From a virus, in IMG/VR virus record IMGVR_UViG_3300045988_141296, positions 1-28,059 of that record: a stretch of 28,059 nucleotides of DNA. One strand, 5' to 3'. Made by a program: the position numbers and the translations under genes. The notes under the pieces were generated by a model. It did not search any database, was not told where the DNA came from, and saw nothing but the letters and a program-made list of their open reading frames with translations. Shown here in pieces: positions 10,901 to 21,282 of this stretch (position 1 is its first letter; each line of letters starts with the position of its first letter).

Positions 10901-11418
10901 TAAGTGACCCAGAAGTTACTGTAGGGTATGAAGCTGGAAGTAAAGTTGTAACTATAGAATCTAATGTTCCTTGGAAAGTTAGTTGGTATAATAATTTGAA
11001 GATTACAAATATTTCACCAATGGAAGGATTACCTGGAATTAGTACTATGACTATTGAATATAATGAAAATCCTAAATATATTGAAGATAACTTCTATTTA
11101 AGTTTAGTAGCTCAATCTGATATTTATGAAAGATTAGGACAAGTATATTTTTATCAAACTCCTGATCCATCTAAATCAGTAAAGCTTTCTGGAAAAGTAA
11201 CAGATGCAGATGGTAAAGTATTAGATGTACAACCTTATATCTATGTAGATAATGACAACTTTGTAGATAGTACATATTGTGATGCAACAACTGGAGAGTA
11301 CTATTTATATGTTCAAAAAGGAGTTCCATTCCATTTTGAAGTACAATTATCAAGTGTTGTTAAATATGAGGAAGAACTTACTTTAAATGCAGATACTATT
11401 AAAAATATTACTATTTAA
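7969..11418 (+). CDS. Giant tail-tip / host-recognition protein (1149 aa), Tal-like position; C-terminal BACON-like and carboxypeptidase-regulatory-like domains
   Basis: Track ORFs 7969-9000, 9100-9615 and 9919-11418 share one frame, joined through TGA 8998, 9613 and 9910. C-terminal strings: EVTVGYEAGSKVVTIESNVPWKVSWYNN..GISTMTIEYNEN and SGKVTDADGKVLDVQPYIYVD..TGEYYLYVQKG. Confidence 0.75.
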
Positions 11419-11420
11419 AT

Positions 11421-13745
11421 ATGGCTGAAGAAATTAAAAAGGTAATAGATATAGATACTACTAAAAGTACAAAGTCAATCAAGCAGCTACGAGAACAAGT
11501 AGCTGGCTTGACTGACGAACTTGAATCATTGGAAATTGGTAGTTCTGACTATTCCAAAAAACTTGAAGAGCTTGTAAGTGCACAAAACAAGCTTAATGTA
11601 GCTACTGAATCTATGCAAGGTAAGACTGTAAATGCAGTTAAAGCTTTTGATAGTATTAACCAAGTAGCTGGCGGTCTTGCAGGTGGAGTTTCGGCTGTAA
11701 GTGCTGCATTTACTTTATTTGGAAGAGATACAGAGAATCTCCAGAAAACTATGGTTAAGCTTCAAGCAGCTATTGCTATAGTTCAAGGAATTGGAGGATT
11801 AAAGGGTTTAGGTGAAGGTGTTCTTAATGGAGTAAAATCATTTAAGGCTTTATCTGTAGCAATAACTGGTACATCAGTTGCTATGAATGGATTTAAGGCA
11901 GCATTAGTATCAACAGGAATTGGTGCTCTACTTGTAGCAGTTGGTTTGCTTATAGATAAACTTACTTCACTAAAAGATGAAGCTAAATTAACAAGCGATG
12001 AAATAGAAAATATTAGACAAAGAAATGAGAATTTAAGAACTCAAGCTAAAGAATCATTTTGAGAGGAGGAATATAATAGTCTTATTAAATTAAATCCTGA
12101 ATTAAAAGATGAAATAGAGAATGTAATTAAAGCTACTGATGCATATAAGGAATTATCAAAAGTAGGAGCTGCTGTTACCCTTCAAACTTTTGAAGAAAGG
12201 GAAGCTAAGGCATTTTTGAAAGATATTATAGAATTAGATAAGGCATTTAGGAATGCCCTAACTGCTTATGATAAAGATTTACTATCAATAGGTACAAGAT
12301 TTGGTAAAACAGAAGAGGAAATCTCAGAATTATTTAAAAATACATTATCTAGACAACAATTCTTAAAAAAAGTAACTGGGAAGGATGTAAAAGAGGCGAG
12401 ATTAGAATTACAAAGAGTTTCTGAAAGTTTAGCAGATAACACTAAATACTTAGACGAGACTAAAAATCCTTTAAGGGATTATCAAAATCTTGTAAAAACA
12501 GGAAATAAAATTCTTGAAGATAGAAAAAAAGCAGAAGAAGAAGCGGCAAGAGCTAGAAAACAGGCTTTAGATAAACTTCAAGATGAAATAAAAACTAAAA
12601 AAGCAGCTATTGATAAATATTGGTCTGATAATGAAAAAACTTTATTAAGTGAAACAGATAGAGAAAATTTAATTTTAAAAGAAAATTATCAGTTACAATT
12701 AAATGATTTAAAATGGCTACTCGATAAAAAAGAATTAACTCAAGAGGAATATAGAAAGAGATTAAAGCAAATAAATGATGCTTATGATAAAGAGTATCTA
12801 GACAATCAGAACGAGCGGTATCGTAAAGAAATTAATAATAGAATTAATTCTTTAGAACAACTTAGAGAACGAGAGAATAGATTTTTTGATCAAAGGCAAT
12901 CTGAGTTAGATACTAAATATAATAAGACATATACACATAATGCAGGTCTTGGAAACGAATACAAGACTGCGGGAGATATAAAGAGTGAAAAGAACGATAG
13001 AATAACACAATCTAATGAGCTACTTGAAATACAGTTAGGATTCTACGAAAGAGATAATAAAAGAATTGGAGAATTACAAACCACTTTAAAAGAATCGTTT
13101 GATAATGGCTTAATAACTCAAGAAGAGTATAATAATGAGTATGCAAGATTAAATGCAGAAAGAGAAGCAAATGATACTGCTGCTGCAAATGCTATTGTAG
13201 CTAATGGAGAAAAAATAAAGGCTGCTAAAAAAGATGAAATTAAAGACATTGTAGCTGCTGTTCAAGGAAGTTTTGCTGCATTAGGAAGTTTAGGTGATGC
13301 TGTAGCTCAAAACTATAAATTTGAGGCAAATAATTCCAAGAAGTCATTAAAGGAGAGAGAAAAAGCTATGGAAAATTATAAGTCTATAGCTAAAATATCT
13401 ACCGTATTTAATACCGCTTCTGCAGCAATGAATGCTTATAACTCTATGGCAGGAATTCCAGTAGTAGGTCCTGTATTAGGTGGTATTGCTGCTGCTGCAG
13501 CTATTGCTATGGGATTACTTCAAATTAAAAATATTGAAAATGAAGAAATATCTGGTAGTGATGTATCATCTTCAGTATCCGCTCCATCTGCACTTACACA
13601 AGCTCCTGTTGAGTATACTCGAAATTTACTTGGAAATAAAGAGACTGATGAACTTAATAATCCAGTTAAGTGTTATGTTGTTGAATCTGATATTACTTCA
13701 GCTCAAACTAAGGTAGCAGTTACTGAATCTAATGCTTCATTCTAG
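11421..13745 (+). CDS. Tape measure protein (774 aa)
   Basis: Track ORFs 11421-12062 and 12216-13745 share one frame, joined through TGA 12060 (..KESF-W-EEEYNS..). Long coiled-coil K/E/Q/L-rich stretches plus Gly/Ala hydrophobic segments (AGGLAGGVSAVSAAFTLFG, GIPVVGPVLGGIAAAAAIAMGLLQ). Confidence 0.8.
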
Positions 13746-13753
13746 AAATGTTT

Positions 13754-13807
13754 AATGTAACTTTTTTATTCTTATTAACTACAAAATATGAGTAAAAAGG
13801 TTACATT
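13754..13807 (+). repeat. Palindromic module-boundary element, copy 2
   Basis: Core 13756-13805 is TGTAACTTTTTTATTCTTATTAACTACAAAATATGAGTAAAAAGGTTACA, and flanking AA/TT extend the stem. Starts 9 nt after the tape-measure stop. Confidence 0.7.
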
Positions 13808-13857
13808 AGATATTCTAAAAATATTACAAATTTATAAAGTGCTATATATTAATAAAA

Positions 13858-14451
13858 ATGGAAATTACTTATAATGATCTTCCATTATTTCAGGCAGTGA
13901 TTACTGATGATTGTGATGGAATAGAATATGTTGCTTTAACAAGCAAACCAGCTACACAAGTTAACTGGGTTGCTTTTAGTAATTCTCAGAAGTTCTCGAT
14001 GGATGAAGATAAGCATTTAGTAACATCTTGCTTAATGTTAAGTGATACTCCAATTTTCAGACGAGATGAGAAACTCGGAGAATACTACATACAGTATGAT
14101 AAGGAAACTCTTCGTAAAATGGCAGAGAAGATGCTGTATGATAAGAGAACTACAGATGTAAATATTGAACATTTAGAAGATTCTGATTTAAATGGAATTA
14201 CTCTACAAGAAATCTATGTAAAGGATATTAATAGAGGAATATCTCCAGTTGAATTCCAGGATGTTCCTGATGGTTCTTTATTTGCCACTTATAAAGTAGA
14301 TAATCAAGTTATTTGAGATGCAATTAAAGCTGGTAAGTTTAAAGGGTTCTCAATTGAAGGTTTATTTACTTTAGAGAGAAAGTCTGATGAATATGACGAA
14401 ATAAAAGAGATCCTTAATATGATTAAGAAGATAAAAAGAGTTAAACATTAA
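13858..14451 (+). CDS. Prohead protease, XkdF-like (197 aa)
   Basis: Track ORF 13858-14316 continues through TGA 14314 to TAA 14449-14451 (..YKVDNQVI-W-DAIKAGKFKGFSIEGLF..). The W-x-x-h-K-x-G-x-x-x-G-F-S-I-E-G tail is characteristic of XkdF-type phage proteases. Lies upstream of scaffold and capsid genes. Confidence 0.65.
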
Positions 14452-14461
14452 AAAGAGGTTA

Positions 14462-15064
14462 ATGTATAGTGGATGTATATACTTAGCAACCAATCAAACT
14501 AATGGTGCAAAATATGTTGGGCAGACTAATGATTTTAGTCGCAGACAAAAAGAACATAAGTACAGAACTAAGAATGATAAATTTCATAATGCAATTCAGT
14601 ATTATGGTTTTGATTCCTTTAAATGGGATATTCTGCAAGTATTTTGCTGTTCAACAGCTGAATTACTAAGAACAAAACTGGATGAAGCAGAAATGAGATA
14701 TATTAAATTATTTGATACTTATTCAAATGGTTATAATCTTACATTAGGTGGAGGAGGCAATAAAGGACAGATTCATACAATCGAATCTAGAAATAAAATG
14801 TCTGCAAAACAGAGAGGAAGGATTATAAGCGATGAAACAAAAGATAAGCTTAGATTAGTACGTTTAGGTTCTGTACAGAGTAAAGAATCCAGGCAAAAAG
14901 TAAGTAAACGTATAATTCAAACAGATTTGAATGATGTTTATATAAAAACTTGGGATTCTTCGATGGATGCTGAACGAGAGGATAAATTTGATCATAGTGC
15001 TATTATAAGATGTTGCAAAGGTAAACAAAACTATCATAAAAATTTTAAATTTAAGTATGAGTAA
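14462..15064 (+). CDS. GIY-YIG homing endonuclease with NUMOD3-like repeats (200 aa)
   Basis: GCIYLATNQTNGAKYVGQT..RRQKEH..YNLTLGGGG, followed by repeated S-x-E-S/T-R-x-K-h-S motifs. No in-frame TGA. It is the only gene here with an SD-like AGAGG, 5 nt upstream of the ATG. Inserted between protease and scaffold. Confidence 0.85.
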   Translation: MYSGCIYLATNQTNGAKYVGQTNDFSRRQKEHKYRTKNDKFHNAIQYYGFDSFKWDILQVFCCSTAELLRTKLDEAEMRYIKLFDTYSNGYNLTLGGGGNKGQIHTIESRNKMSAKQRGRIISDETKDKLRLVRLGSVQSKESRQKVSKRIIQTDLNDVYIKTWDSSMDAEREDKFDHSAIIRCCKGKQNYHKNFKFKYE

Positions 15065-15659
15065 ATTCACTAAAATTAAATTGGAGTTAGCGAGAATGCT
15101 GTCTAATTTTACGGATCTAAAGACATCAAGTGGTGTACTTACTTGGGATTCAGATGAAGACTTACGCGCTGGTATGGATGTGTATGTTCAGGATGAGAAC
15201 GGAGAATACAAACCTGCTGAGGATGGTGAGTATGTAACTGAGGATGGAAAGACGATTGTTGTTAAAGACGGTAAAGTAGAGTCTGTAACTGATCCTAAAG
15301 CTGAGGTTGATCCAGAAGAAGCAGCTAAAGCAGAAGTTGATGCTGCTTGTGGAAAACGCAAGGTAGAAACTGCTGAAGAGCCAGTTGATCCTGAAGTAGC
15401 TACTGATGGTGACAAAGAAACTGTAACTGATGCAATTGATGCAATTCATCGCGAAATTAATGAGCTTTATGACATTGTTGATAAGCTTGTTAAGAAAGTA
15501 GCTGAATTAGAGGGTAAATCTGAAGCTACAGAAAAGACGGTTGAAAAGATGAGCAAAATGAGTGCTGCATTTTCAGCTGAGGAACAGATAGAAGGCAAAG
15601 CTTCAATAATGACTGGTAATCCTGTTATTGATAAAAAGCTTAAAAACTTTATTGGTTAA
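15057..15659 (+). CDS. Scaffolding protein (200 aa)
   Basis: Acidic, Ala/Glu/Lys-rich, coiled-coil-like (..EINELYDIVDKLVKKVAELEGKSEATEKTVEKM..). Lies directly upstream of the major capsid gene. No TGA. Confidence 0.6.
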   Translation: MSKFTKIKLELARMLSNFTDLKTSSGVLTWDSDEDLRAGMDVYVQDENGEYKPAEDGEYVTEDGKTIVVKDGKVESVTDPKAEVDPEEAAKAEVDAACGKRKVETAEEPVDPEVATDGDKETVTDAIDAIHREINELYDIVDKLVKKVAELEGKSEATEKTVEKMSKMSAAFSAEEQIEGKASIMTGNPVIDKKLKNFIG

Positions 15660-15681
15660 TTATTAAATTATTTATAAAATT

Positions 15682-16587
15682 ATGGCAAATAGTCCTGTAA
15701 TGACTAGTCTTACTGCTTATGTAGAGCAGAGACGTCTTCCTCTTATTAAAGAGGCTGTATTAAAGGCTAAGAGTGCTTCGTTGTTCAATCTTCAAACTGA
15801 CATCAAAACTAGTGCTGCTCTTAACCTGTTATCTACCGATGTTCAGTTCGGTGATGGTCTTACTTGTGGTTGGGATGAAGCTGGAACTCAGACTCTTTCT
15901 CAGAGAATTCTGGCTACTGGTAATATTAAGATCAATATGGCATATTGTGATAAAGAGATGCTTAAATACTGGACTCAGTATCAAGTACGAGTAGCTGCTG
16001 GTCAGAAGACGCTTCCTTTTGAAGAGGACTTTATTAGTGGTGTAGTTGAGAATGTTAAAGCCGCTATTGAAACCGCTATCTGGCAAGGTGATACTAGTTC
16101 TAGTACGAACAACCTTAGATATTTCGATGGTCTGTTAAAGATCTTAAAAAATGCTGCTGGTACTGTTGATGTAACGATTACTGGTACTTCTGCTTATGAT
16201 GACATTATGGCTGTTTATAACGCTATTCCTGAGAAGGTTCTGGATGGTGCTTCTATCTTAGTTGGCAGTGATACTTTCCGTAAATTTATCCAGGAGTTAG
16301 TTGCTAAGAACTACTACCATTATAGTGGTGAGAATCTTAATGGTGAGATTATGCTTCCTGGTTCGCAGGTTAAAGTAATCGCTGTTAATGGTCTTAATGG
16401 AACTGATAAGATTGTTGCTGGTCAGTTAGATAAGAACTTCTTCTATGGTTGCGATATGATGAACGATGAGGAGAAGTTTGAATTGTGGTATTCACAAGAT
16501 TTCCGCGAATTTAGATTAGCTATTGAATTTAACGCTGGCGTACAGGTTGCATTCCCTGATGAGGTAGTTCTTGGTGCCAAAGCCTAA
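15682..16587 (+). CDS. Major capsid protein (301 aa)
   Basis: Position after protease and scaffold, size, and visibly higher G+C with biased codon use (GGT/GCT/CTT/ACT). Four Trp, all TGG, and no TGA. Confidence 0.75.
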   Translation: MANSPVMTSLTAYVEQRRLPLIKEAVLKAKSASLFNLQTDIKTSAALNLLSTDVQFGDGLTCGWDEAGTQTLSQRILATGNIKINMAYCDKEMLKYWTQYQVRVAAGQKTLPFEEDFISGVVENVKAAIETAIWQGDTSSSTNNLRYFDGLLKILKNAAGTVDVTITGTSAYDDIMAVYNAIPEKVLDGASILVGSDTFRKFIQELVAKNYYHYSGENLNGEIMLPGSQVKVIAVNGLNGTDKIVAGQLDKNFFYGCDMMNDEEKFELWYSQDFREFRLAIEFNAGVQVAFPDEVVLGAKA

Positions 16588-16625
16588 TTTCAATAGAGTT
16601 TAACTTTAAATAAGATTGAAATTAT

Positions 16626-17150
16626 ATGGCTTGTTTAATAACTATCGCTGGTATTACCCTGGATTGCGAATCTTCGCTTGGTGGTATCAAACAGGTATGG
16701 ATTACTCAGTACGATAACGTTAAGAGTGTAACTGTAGATGATGAGACTAATCAAATCTCAGCTATTACTCTTGAAGAAGATGCTAAATGGTATAATTACC
16801 AATTCCGCAAAGGTACTGGTTCTCTAACCTCAACATTGAACGTTGACGAAACTGCAGGAACCAACTATGTAAGTAATGAGCTTGCTCTTGTATTTACAAA
16901 GATGGAGACTAAGAAAAGAATCGAGATTGCTGCTCTTTCTATTGGACAACTTGTAGTTGTTGTAGAAGATTCTAATGGCAAATATTGGTTCTTAGGAAAA
17001 GATGACTATGTAAGCGCTTCCGCTGGTACGGGTGTTACTGGTACTGCAAAAGGTGATCAGAACGCTTATACGCTGACTTTAGCTACTGACTCTGAATCAT
17101 ATCCTTATGAGTTGAGTGCAGAAGCTATCCAAAGTGTTGTAGGTGCTTAA
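16626..17150 (+). CDS. Abundant virion structural protein (major tail tube or head decoration candidate, 174 aa)
   Basis: N-terminal ..ITLDCESSLGGIKQVWITQYDNV.., a pattern common in phage structural proteins. Same GC-richer codon bias as the capsid gene and followed by a strong terminator. No TGA. Confidence 0.45.
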   Translation: MACLITIAGITLDCESSLGGIKQVWITQYDNVKSVTVDDETNQISAITLEEDAKWYNYQFRKGTGSLTSTLNVDETAGTNYVSNELALVFTKMETKKRIEIAALSIGQLVVVVEDSNGKYWFLGKDDYVSASAGTGVTGTAKGDQNAYTLTLATDSESYPYELSAEAIQSVVGA

Positions 17151-17160
17151 CAACAGAAGA

Positions 17161-17196
17161 GGGGCGAGTATTAATTTACTTGCCCCTTATTTTGTT
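17161..17196 (+). terminator. Rho-independent terminator
   Basis: Stem GGGGCGAGTA (17161-17170) / TACTTGCCCC (17177-17186) with one G-U pair, loop TTAATT, then TTATTTTGTTT. Confidence 0.8.
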
Positions 17197-17217
17197 TATA
17201 TACCACATAATGAATAA

Positions 17218-17236
17218 TTTATATTTTATAGAAAAA
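17218..17236 (+). promoter_or_regulatory. Candidate promoter / leader motif TTTATATTTTATAGAAAAA
   Basis: Nearly identical to 22890-22908 (TTTATATTTTAAGAAAAAG) and similar to 5265-5280. Contains TAtaTTTt, resembling the Bacteroidota TAnnTTTG -7 box. Lies just after a terminator and before ATG 17241. Confidence 0.3.
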
Positions 17237-17240
17237 TAAT

Positions 17241-19583
17241 ATGGCAAACGAAACTGAAAAGACAATTCTTCCTTATCTTAATGTCCTTGAAGTCGAAACA
17301 ATAGATAAGTCAAATGTGACTAAAGTTATTGTTATTGACAAGGATGATGAAGTTAAGGTTATGGATGGTTCTCAGTTAGCTACTAATAGCTATTTTGATC
17401 TTCAGGATAAACCTGAAATCAATGGCATTGAGTTAAATGGTAATATGACTTCAGAAGAGTTGGGATTAGCGTCATCTGAAGATATTGTTACTATTAATTC
17501 TGAGTTAGAGCAAATAAAGAGTACTATTCCAAGTGCTGAAAATATTGATAATCAGATAACTGAACGATTAGCTGATTATCCAACTAAAGAAGAGGTTACA
17601 ACTGAAATTTCAGATGCAGTTGCCAATAAAGCCGATAAATCTGAGATACCAACAAAAACTTCACAATTAACTAATGATAGTGGATTTATTAGCAGCTTAG
17701 ATGGATATGCTACTGAAAAATGAGTTGAAGATAATTATCTTACAAAAGAAGCTGCTGAAAGTGCATTAAATTCTAAACAGAATAAATTAAACCAAGGTGA
17801 CGGTATAGTAATTGAAGAGAATACTATTTCTGCAGATTATAATACTATTCATAACAAACCATCTTTAAATGGAACTGAATTATCTGGAGCAGCTTCAATT
17901 GTACCTGCCATTAATATTCAATCAGTCCCATCTAAAGTTACTTTAGCTCCTGTATTTGGTAATCAAACTGGAGAAGCAGTTGAACTTCCAATATATAATA
18001 CAGAGACTAATCAAGCTGGTATTGTTAATGGTCCTCTATATGCACAATTAGCAGATAAATATACTAAAGCTGAAATTGATGCTTTAAATACAGCTATTAA
18101 TAAAGAGATAGCTTCAAAACAGGGAACTCTTACAGCAGGAAAGAATATATCTATTATAGATAATGTAATCTCTGCTTTTGAGAATCATTTCTTACTTAAT
18201 TTAGATGAGAATGATCCTGTAAGACAGAAACATATCTATGACTTTATTAGAACTAATCTGGACTTCTATTTATTCTGCCAGATTACATATAAAGGTGATA
18301 TTATAGTTATTCCTGTTGCAACTATTGAGCATCCCGAAACTATTGATTTATATGGCTATTATTTCCAAGATAATGGTGTATTAGTAGTTATTAATGCAAT
18401 CTTAGTAAATAATGGTAATATGACTGTTAAAGTTACTGAGGTTGATCTTACTAATAAAGGATATACTAAAGATGAAGTAGATGAGAAACTTGCAGCTAAG
18501 CAAGGAGTATTTACTCCACAAGCTCCATTAGCTTTTAATGAAGATAAATCCCAATTATCTGTAGATTTATCTGGATACCAACCAGTTGGTGATTATGCTT
18601 TAAAGAGTGATATTCCAACTAAAGTTAGTGAGCTTACTAATGATTCTAACTTTGTAACTGAAGCAGAGGTTTCTGGAGATTTAGCAGGTAAAGCAGATAA
18701 GACTTATGTTGATGAGCAGCTTGCTACTAAACAGCCTGTAGGAGATTATGCAACAAAAACAGAACTTGCTGGTAAAGCTGATTCTTCTGTGGTAGAATCT
18801 TTATCTACTCAAGTAGCAACTAATACTTCAGATATATCAATTATTAAAACAAAACAAGAAGAAGATGGAGATAAGATTGATTCTCTTGATAAAAAGATGG
18901 CTACTAAGCAAGATTTACTTGTAAGTGGAACTAATATCAAAACAATCAATAGTCAGTCTTTACTTGGAGAAGGTAATATAGAAATTGAAAGTGGTTCTAA
19001 TATTCCATTTCTATTTATAAATTCCACTACTCATCTTTCTGGAGATTTCGCTGCTGTTAAGAATGCTATAGCTAATGAAAGACCATTTGAGCTTTATTAT
19101 GTAAATATTCTAGGTTATGGTGGTATAGCAGCTCCAGACGTATGTTTTGCTTCAGGAGAAAATATTCAAGCTACTTTCCATTTTGAAAGTACTACAGCTA
19201 ATCATACTGTAGTTCAAACTACTATTACTCCAACTGGAGTATCAGCAGATACTAGTTATCATAGTTATCAGGAGCAATTAGTTTCTGGGACTAATATAAA
19301 GACTATTAATGGTGAAAGTATTTTAGGAGAAGGTAATCTTGAAATATCTGGTAGTGGAGGGACTACTGACTATACTCAGTTAACAAATAAACCTCAGATT
19401 AATTCTGTTGAACTTAGTGGTAATAAGAGTCTTGAGGATTTAGGTATTCAGCCTGCTGGAAACTATATTGAAGCTGGAACTGGAACCCAACCTCAAATAA
19501 ATACTATTACTGTTCTAACTCAATCAGAATATGATGGTTTATCAACTAAAGATCCTAATACACAATATTTAATTGTAGAATAA
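17241..19583 (+). CDS. Tail fibre protein (780 aa) with internal repeats
   Basis: Track ORFs 17241-17723 and 18420-19583 share one frame, and the stretch between them is open. Joined through TGA 17721 (..GYATEK-W-VEDNYL..). Repeated fibre motifs: YATKxEL/AGKADKS, LTNDSGF/LTNDSNF, NKPxINxxELxG, and two copies of LVSGTNIKTINxxS(L/I)LGEGN(I/L)EI. Confidence 0.8.
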
Positions 19584-19584
19584 T

Positions 19585-20427
19585 ATGAATATTAGAGATG
19601 ATTTAAAAACATTTTATGTAGGTGACAGACAAGGTACTGCCATTTATGTGGGCAGTACCAAAGTCTGGCCTAGTAATATTTGCTCCCCTATAGTATTTAA
19701 AAGTACTGAATTTAAGCAATTAGTTATAGATAATATATTTCCAGGACAGACTGAAATTACTGATTGTGATGCAAATACAGTAAATAGTTGGTATAAAGGT
19801 AATAATAGTATATTCGAAAGCACTTCTATTGAGGATGTATCCGATATGACCTATTTTCCAAACGCAAATAAAGGACCAGCAAATGGTTTATTTTATGGAT
19901 GTACAAATTTAAAAATAGTTCCCAATATACTATCAAATTTTGGACATTTTGGGCAAACATTTCAAAACTGCTCATCATTAGTATCTGTACCAGATATTAA
20001 TGGCACAACAGCTATAGCTTTTTACAATATGTTTGACGGATGCTCATCTTTAAAAAATGCTCCTAATATAAATATGGATAATGCTATAAGTGTTGAAAGT
20101 ATGTTTAGAGGATGTATAGCTTTAGAATCTGTTCCTAGATATAATGCAGAAAAGTGACAGGATTACCAAAATATATTTGCTTCTGGGCCTTTTTCTTATT
20201 TGACAGATTTAGGAGGGTTTACTAATATAGGGAAAAGCACTAACATAGAAATATTAAATTTATCAAACTTACCAGTATTAACGAGTCAGTCAGTAGATAA
20301 TGTTATAGATGGATTATATACTACAGATAGAAATTTAATAATCAAATTTCATCAAACTGTATATAATTCGTTAACAGAGGAACAAAAATCACAAATCACC
20401 AGTAAAGGCTGGTCAGTAACATATTAG
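19585..20427 (+). CDS. BspA-like leucine-rich-repeat protein (280 aa), receptor-binding accessory candidate
   Basis: Track ORFs 19585-20157 and 20200-20427 share one frame, joined through TGA 20155. Repeats FYGCTNLKIVPNI / FQNCSSLVSVPDIN / FDGCSSLKNAPNIN / FRGCIALESVPRYN. The C-terminal module is shared with 21798-22787. Confidence 0.7.
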
Positions 20428-20428
20428 T

Positions 20429-20665
20429 ATGAAAATTGAAATTAAAGAAAAATATAAAGTAGTTAGTCCAGAAGAAGGTTATGTACTTACTAACTATAAA
20501 GAAGGAATGGATATTAAATTATACAGTTCATTTACTGAATGTATCTGTCCTTTAAGTTGCGATTTAGAGCATCTATCAGAAGTCTCTTTAGATAAGGATG
20601 CTGAATATAAAGAATTAGCTATTAAAGCTTCTAAAGAGTATGAGGAATCAATAAAAGTTAGATAA
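20429..20665 (+). CDS. Hypothetical protein (78 aa)
   Basis: Intact ORF packed tightly between neighbours (2-nt gaps). No recognisable motif. Confidence 0.5.
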   Translation: MKIEIKEKYKVVSPEEGYVLTNYKEGMDIKLYSSFTECICPLSCDLEHLSEVSLDKDAEYKELAIKASKEYEESIKVR

Positions 20666-20667
20666 TT

Positions 20668-21282
20668 ATGATTATACTTAAGAATACTAAAAATACACAA
20701 ACTTTCTATGTAAGTAAGAAATGTGGTATTGAATCTGGACAACTTCCAGTTGGTTCTTATACAAAGATTGAAGCAGATGCGAGATTTCAACCTAAAGGTA
20801 ATTACATTTCCGAAGATAAGGCTGTTGAAATAATTGATGAGCAAATTAATTCTCAGTTGGATGTTATACTTGAACCTAAGTTAGAGCCAATTAAGAATGA
20901 TATTACTGAATTAGAAACATCTAAGATGGAAGTATTTCAAGCTAATCAACCTCTATCTTTACATAGAAATGGAGAAGGTTTGCAACTATCTGTAGATTTA
21001 AGTAATTATGCAACTAAAGCAGAAATTCCTGATACTAGTGATTTTGCTACTAAAGAAGAGCTTACAGCTGTAGAGAATAAGATTCCTGATGTATCTGGAT
21101 TAGCTACTAAAGATCAAGTTGCACTTAAAGCAGATAAAAGTGAGTTATCAAACTATGTAACTACAGATGCATATAATACAAAGATGACAGAGTTAGATGG
21201 AGAAATCTCAGCAATTCAAGCTCAGATTGGTAATATTTCAACTACTCTTGATACAATTAATGGTGAAATTCCAAATGAATAG
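20668..21282 (+). CDS. Short tail-fibre-like protein (204 aa)
   Basis: Shares fibre motifs with 17241-19583: (Q)LSVDLS(G/N)[22 protein letters not shown]. Coiled-coil-like C-terminus. Ends TAG 21280-21282. Confidence 0.6.
   Translation: MIILKNTKNTQTFYVSKKCGIESGQLPVGSYTKIEADARFQPKGNYISEDKAVEIIDEQINSQLDVILEPKLEPIKNDITELETSKMEVFQANQPLSLHRNGEGLQLSVDLSNYATKAEIPDTSDFATKEELTAVENKIPDVSGLATKDQVALKADKSELSNYVTTDAYNTKMTELDGEISAIQAQIGNISTTLDTINGEIPNE

Noticed and set aside
11171-11353. Minus-strand ORF of 60 aa inside the tail protein gene.
   Set aside because: It lies fully inside a strongly supported plus-strand CDS. It has low-complexity L/H/I-rich translation typical of an antisense shadow ORF in AT-rich DNA.
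13480-13716. Off-frame plus-strand ORF of 78 aa within the tape measure gene.
   Set aside because: It is embedded in the tape measure reading frame. Its L-rich low-complexity translation marks it as a shadow ORF.
5164-13807. Inverted copies of the 50-nt element at 5164-5213 and 13756-13805 could be ends of an invertible 8.6-kb segment (shufflon or Gin/Hin-like switch).
   Set aside because: No recombinase or invertase gene is in the window. Each element is itself palindromic, so orientation is nearly symmetric. A third, direct copy exists at 22789. Inversion would put the whole tail module antisense to its promoter region. Kept only as a boundary or regulatory element.
14864-16086. Minus-strand ORFs 14864-15070, 15162-15449, 15188-15415 and 15829-16086, and the off-frame plus-strand ORF 15773-15994.
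   Set aside because: All lie inside the GIY-YIG, scaffold or capsid genes. They arise from purine-rich and codon-biased sequence lacking antisense stops. Translations are low-complexity (S/T/F/L-rich) with no motifs.
20494-20844. Minus-strand ORF of 116 aa spanning the 20429 and 20668 genes.
   Set aside because: It is antisense to two tightly packed plus-strand genes, has no motif, and shows the composition typical of shadow ORFs.
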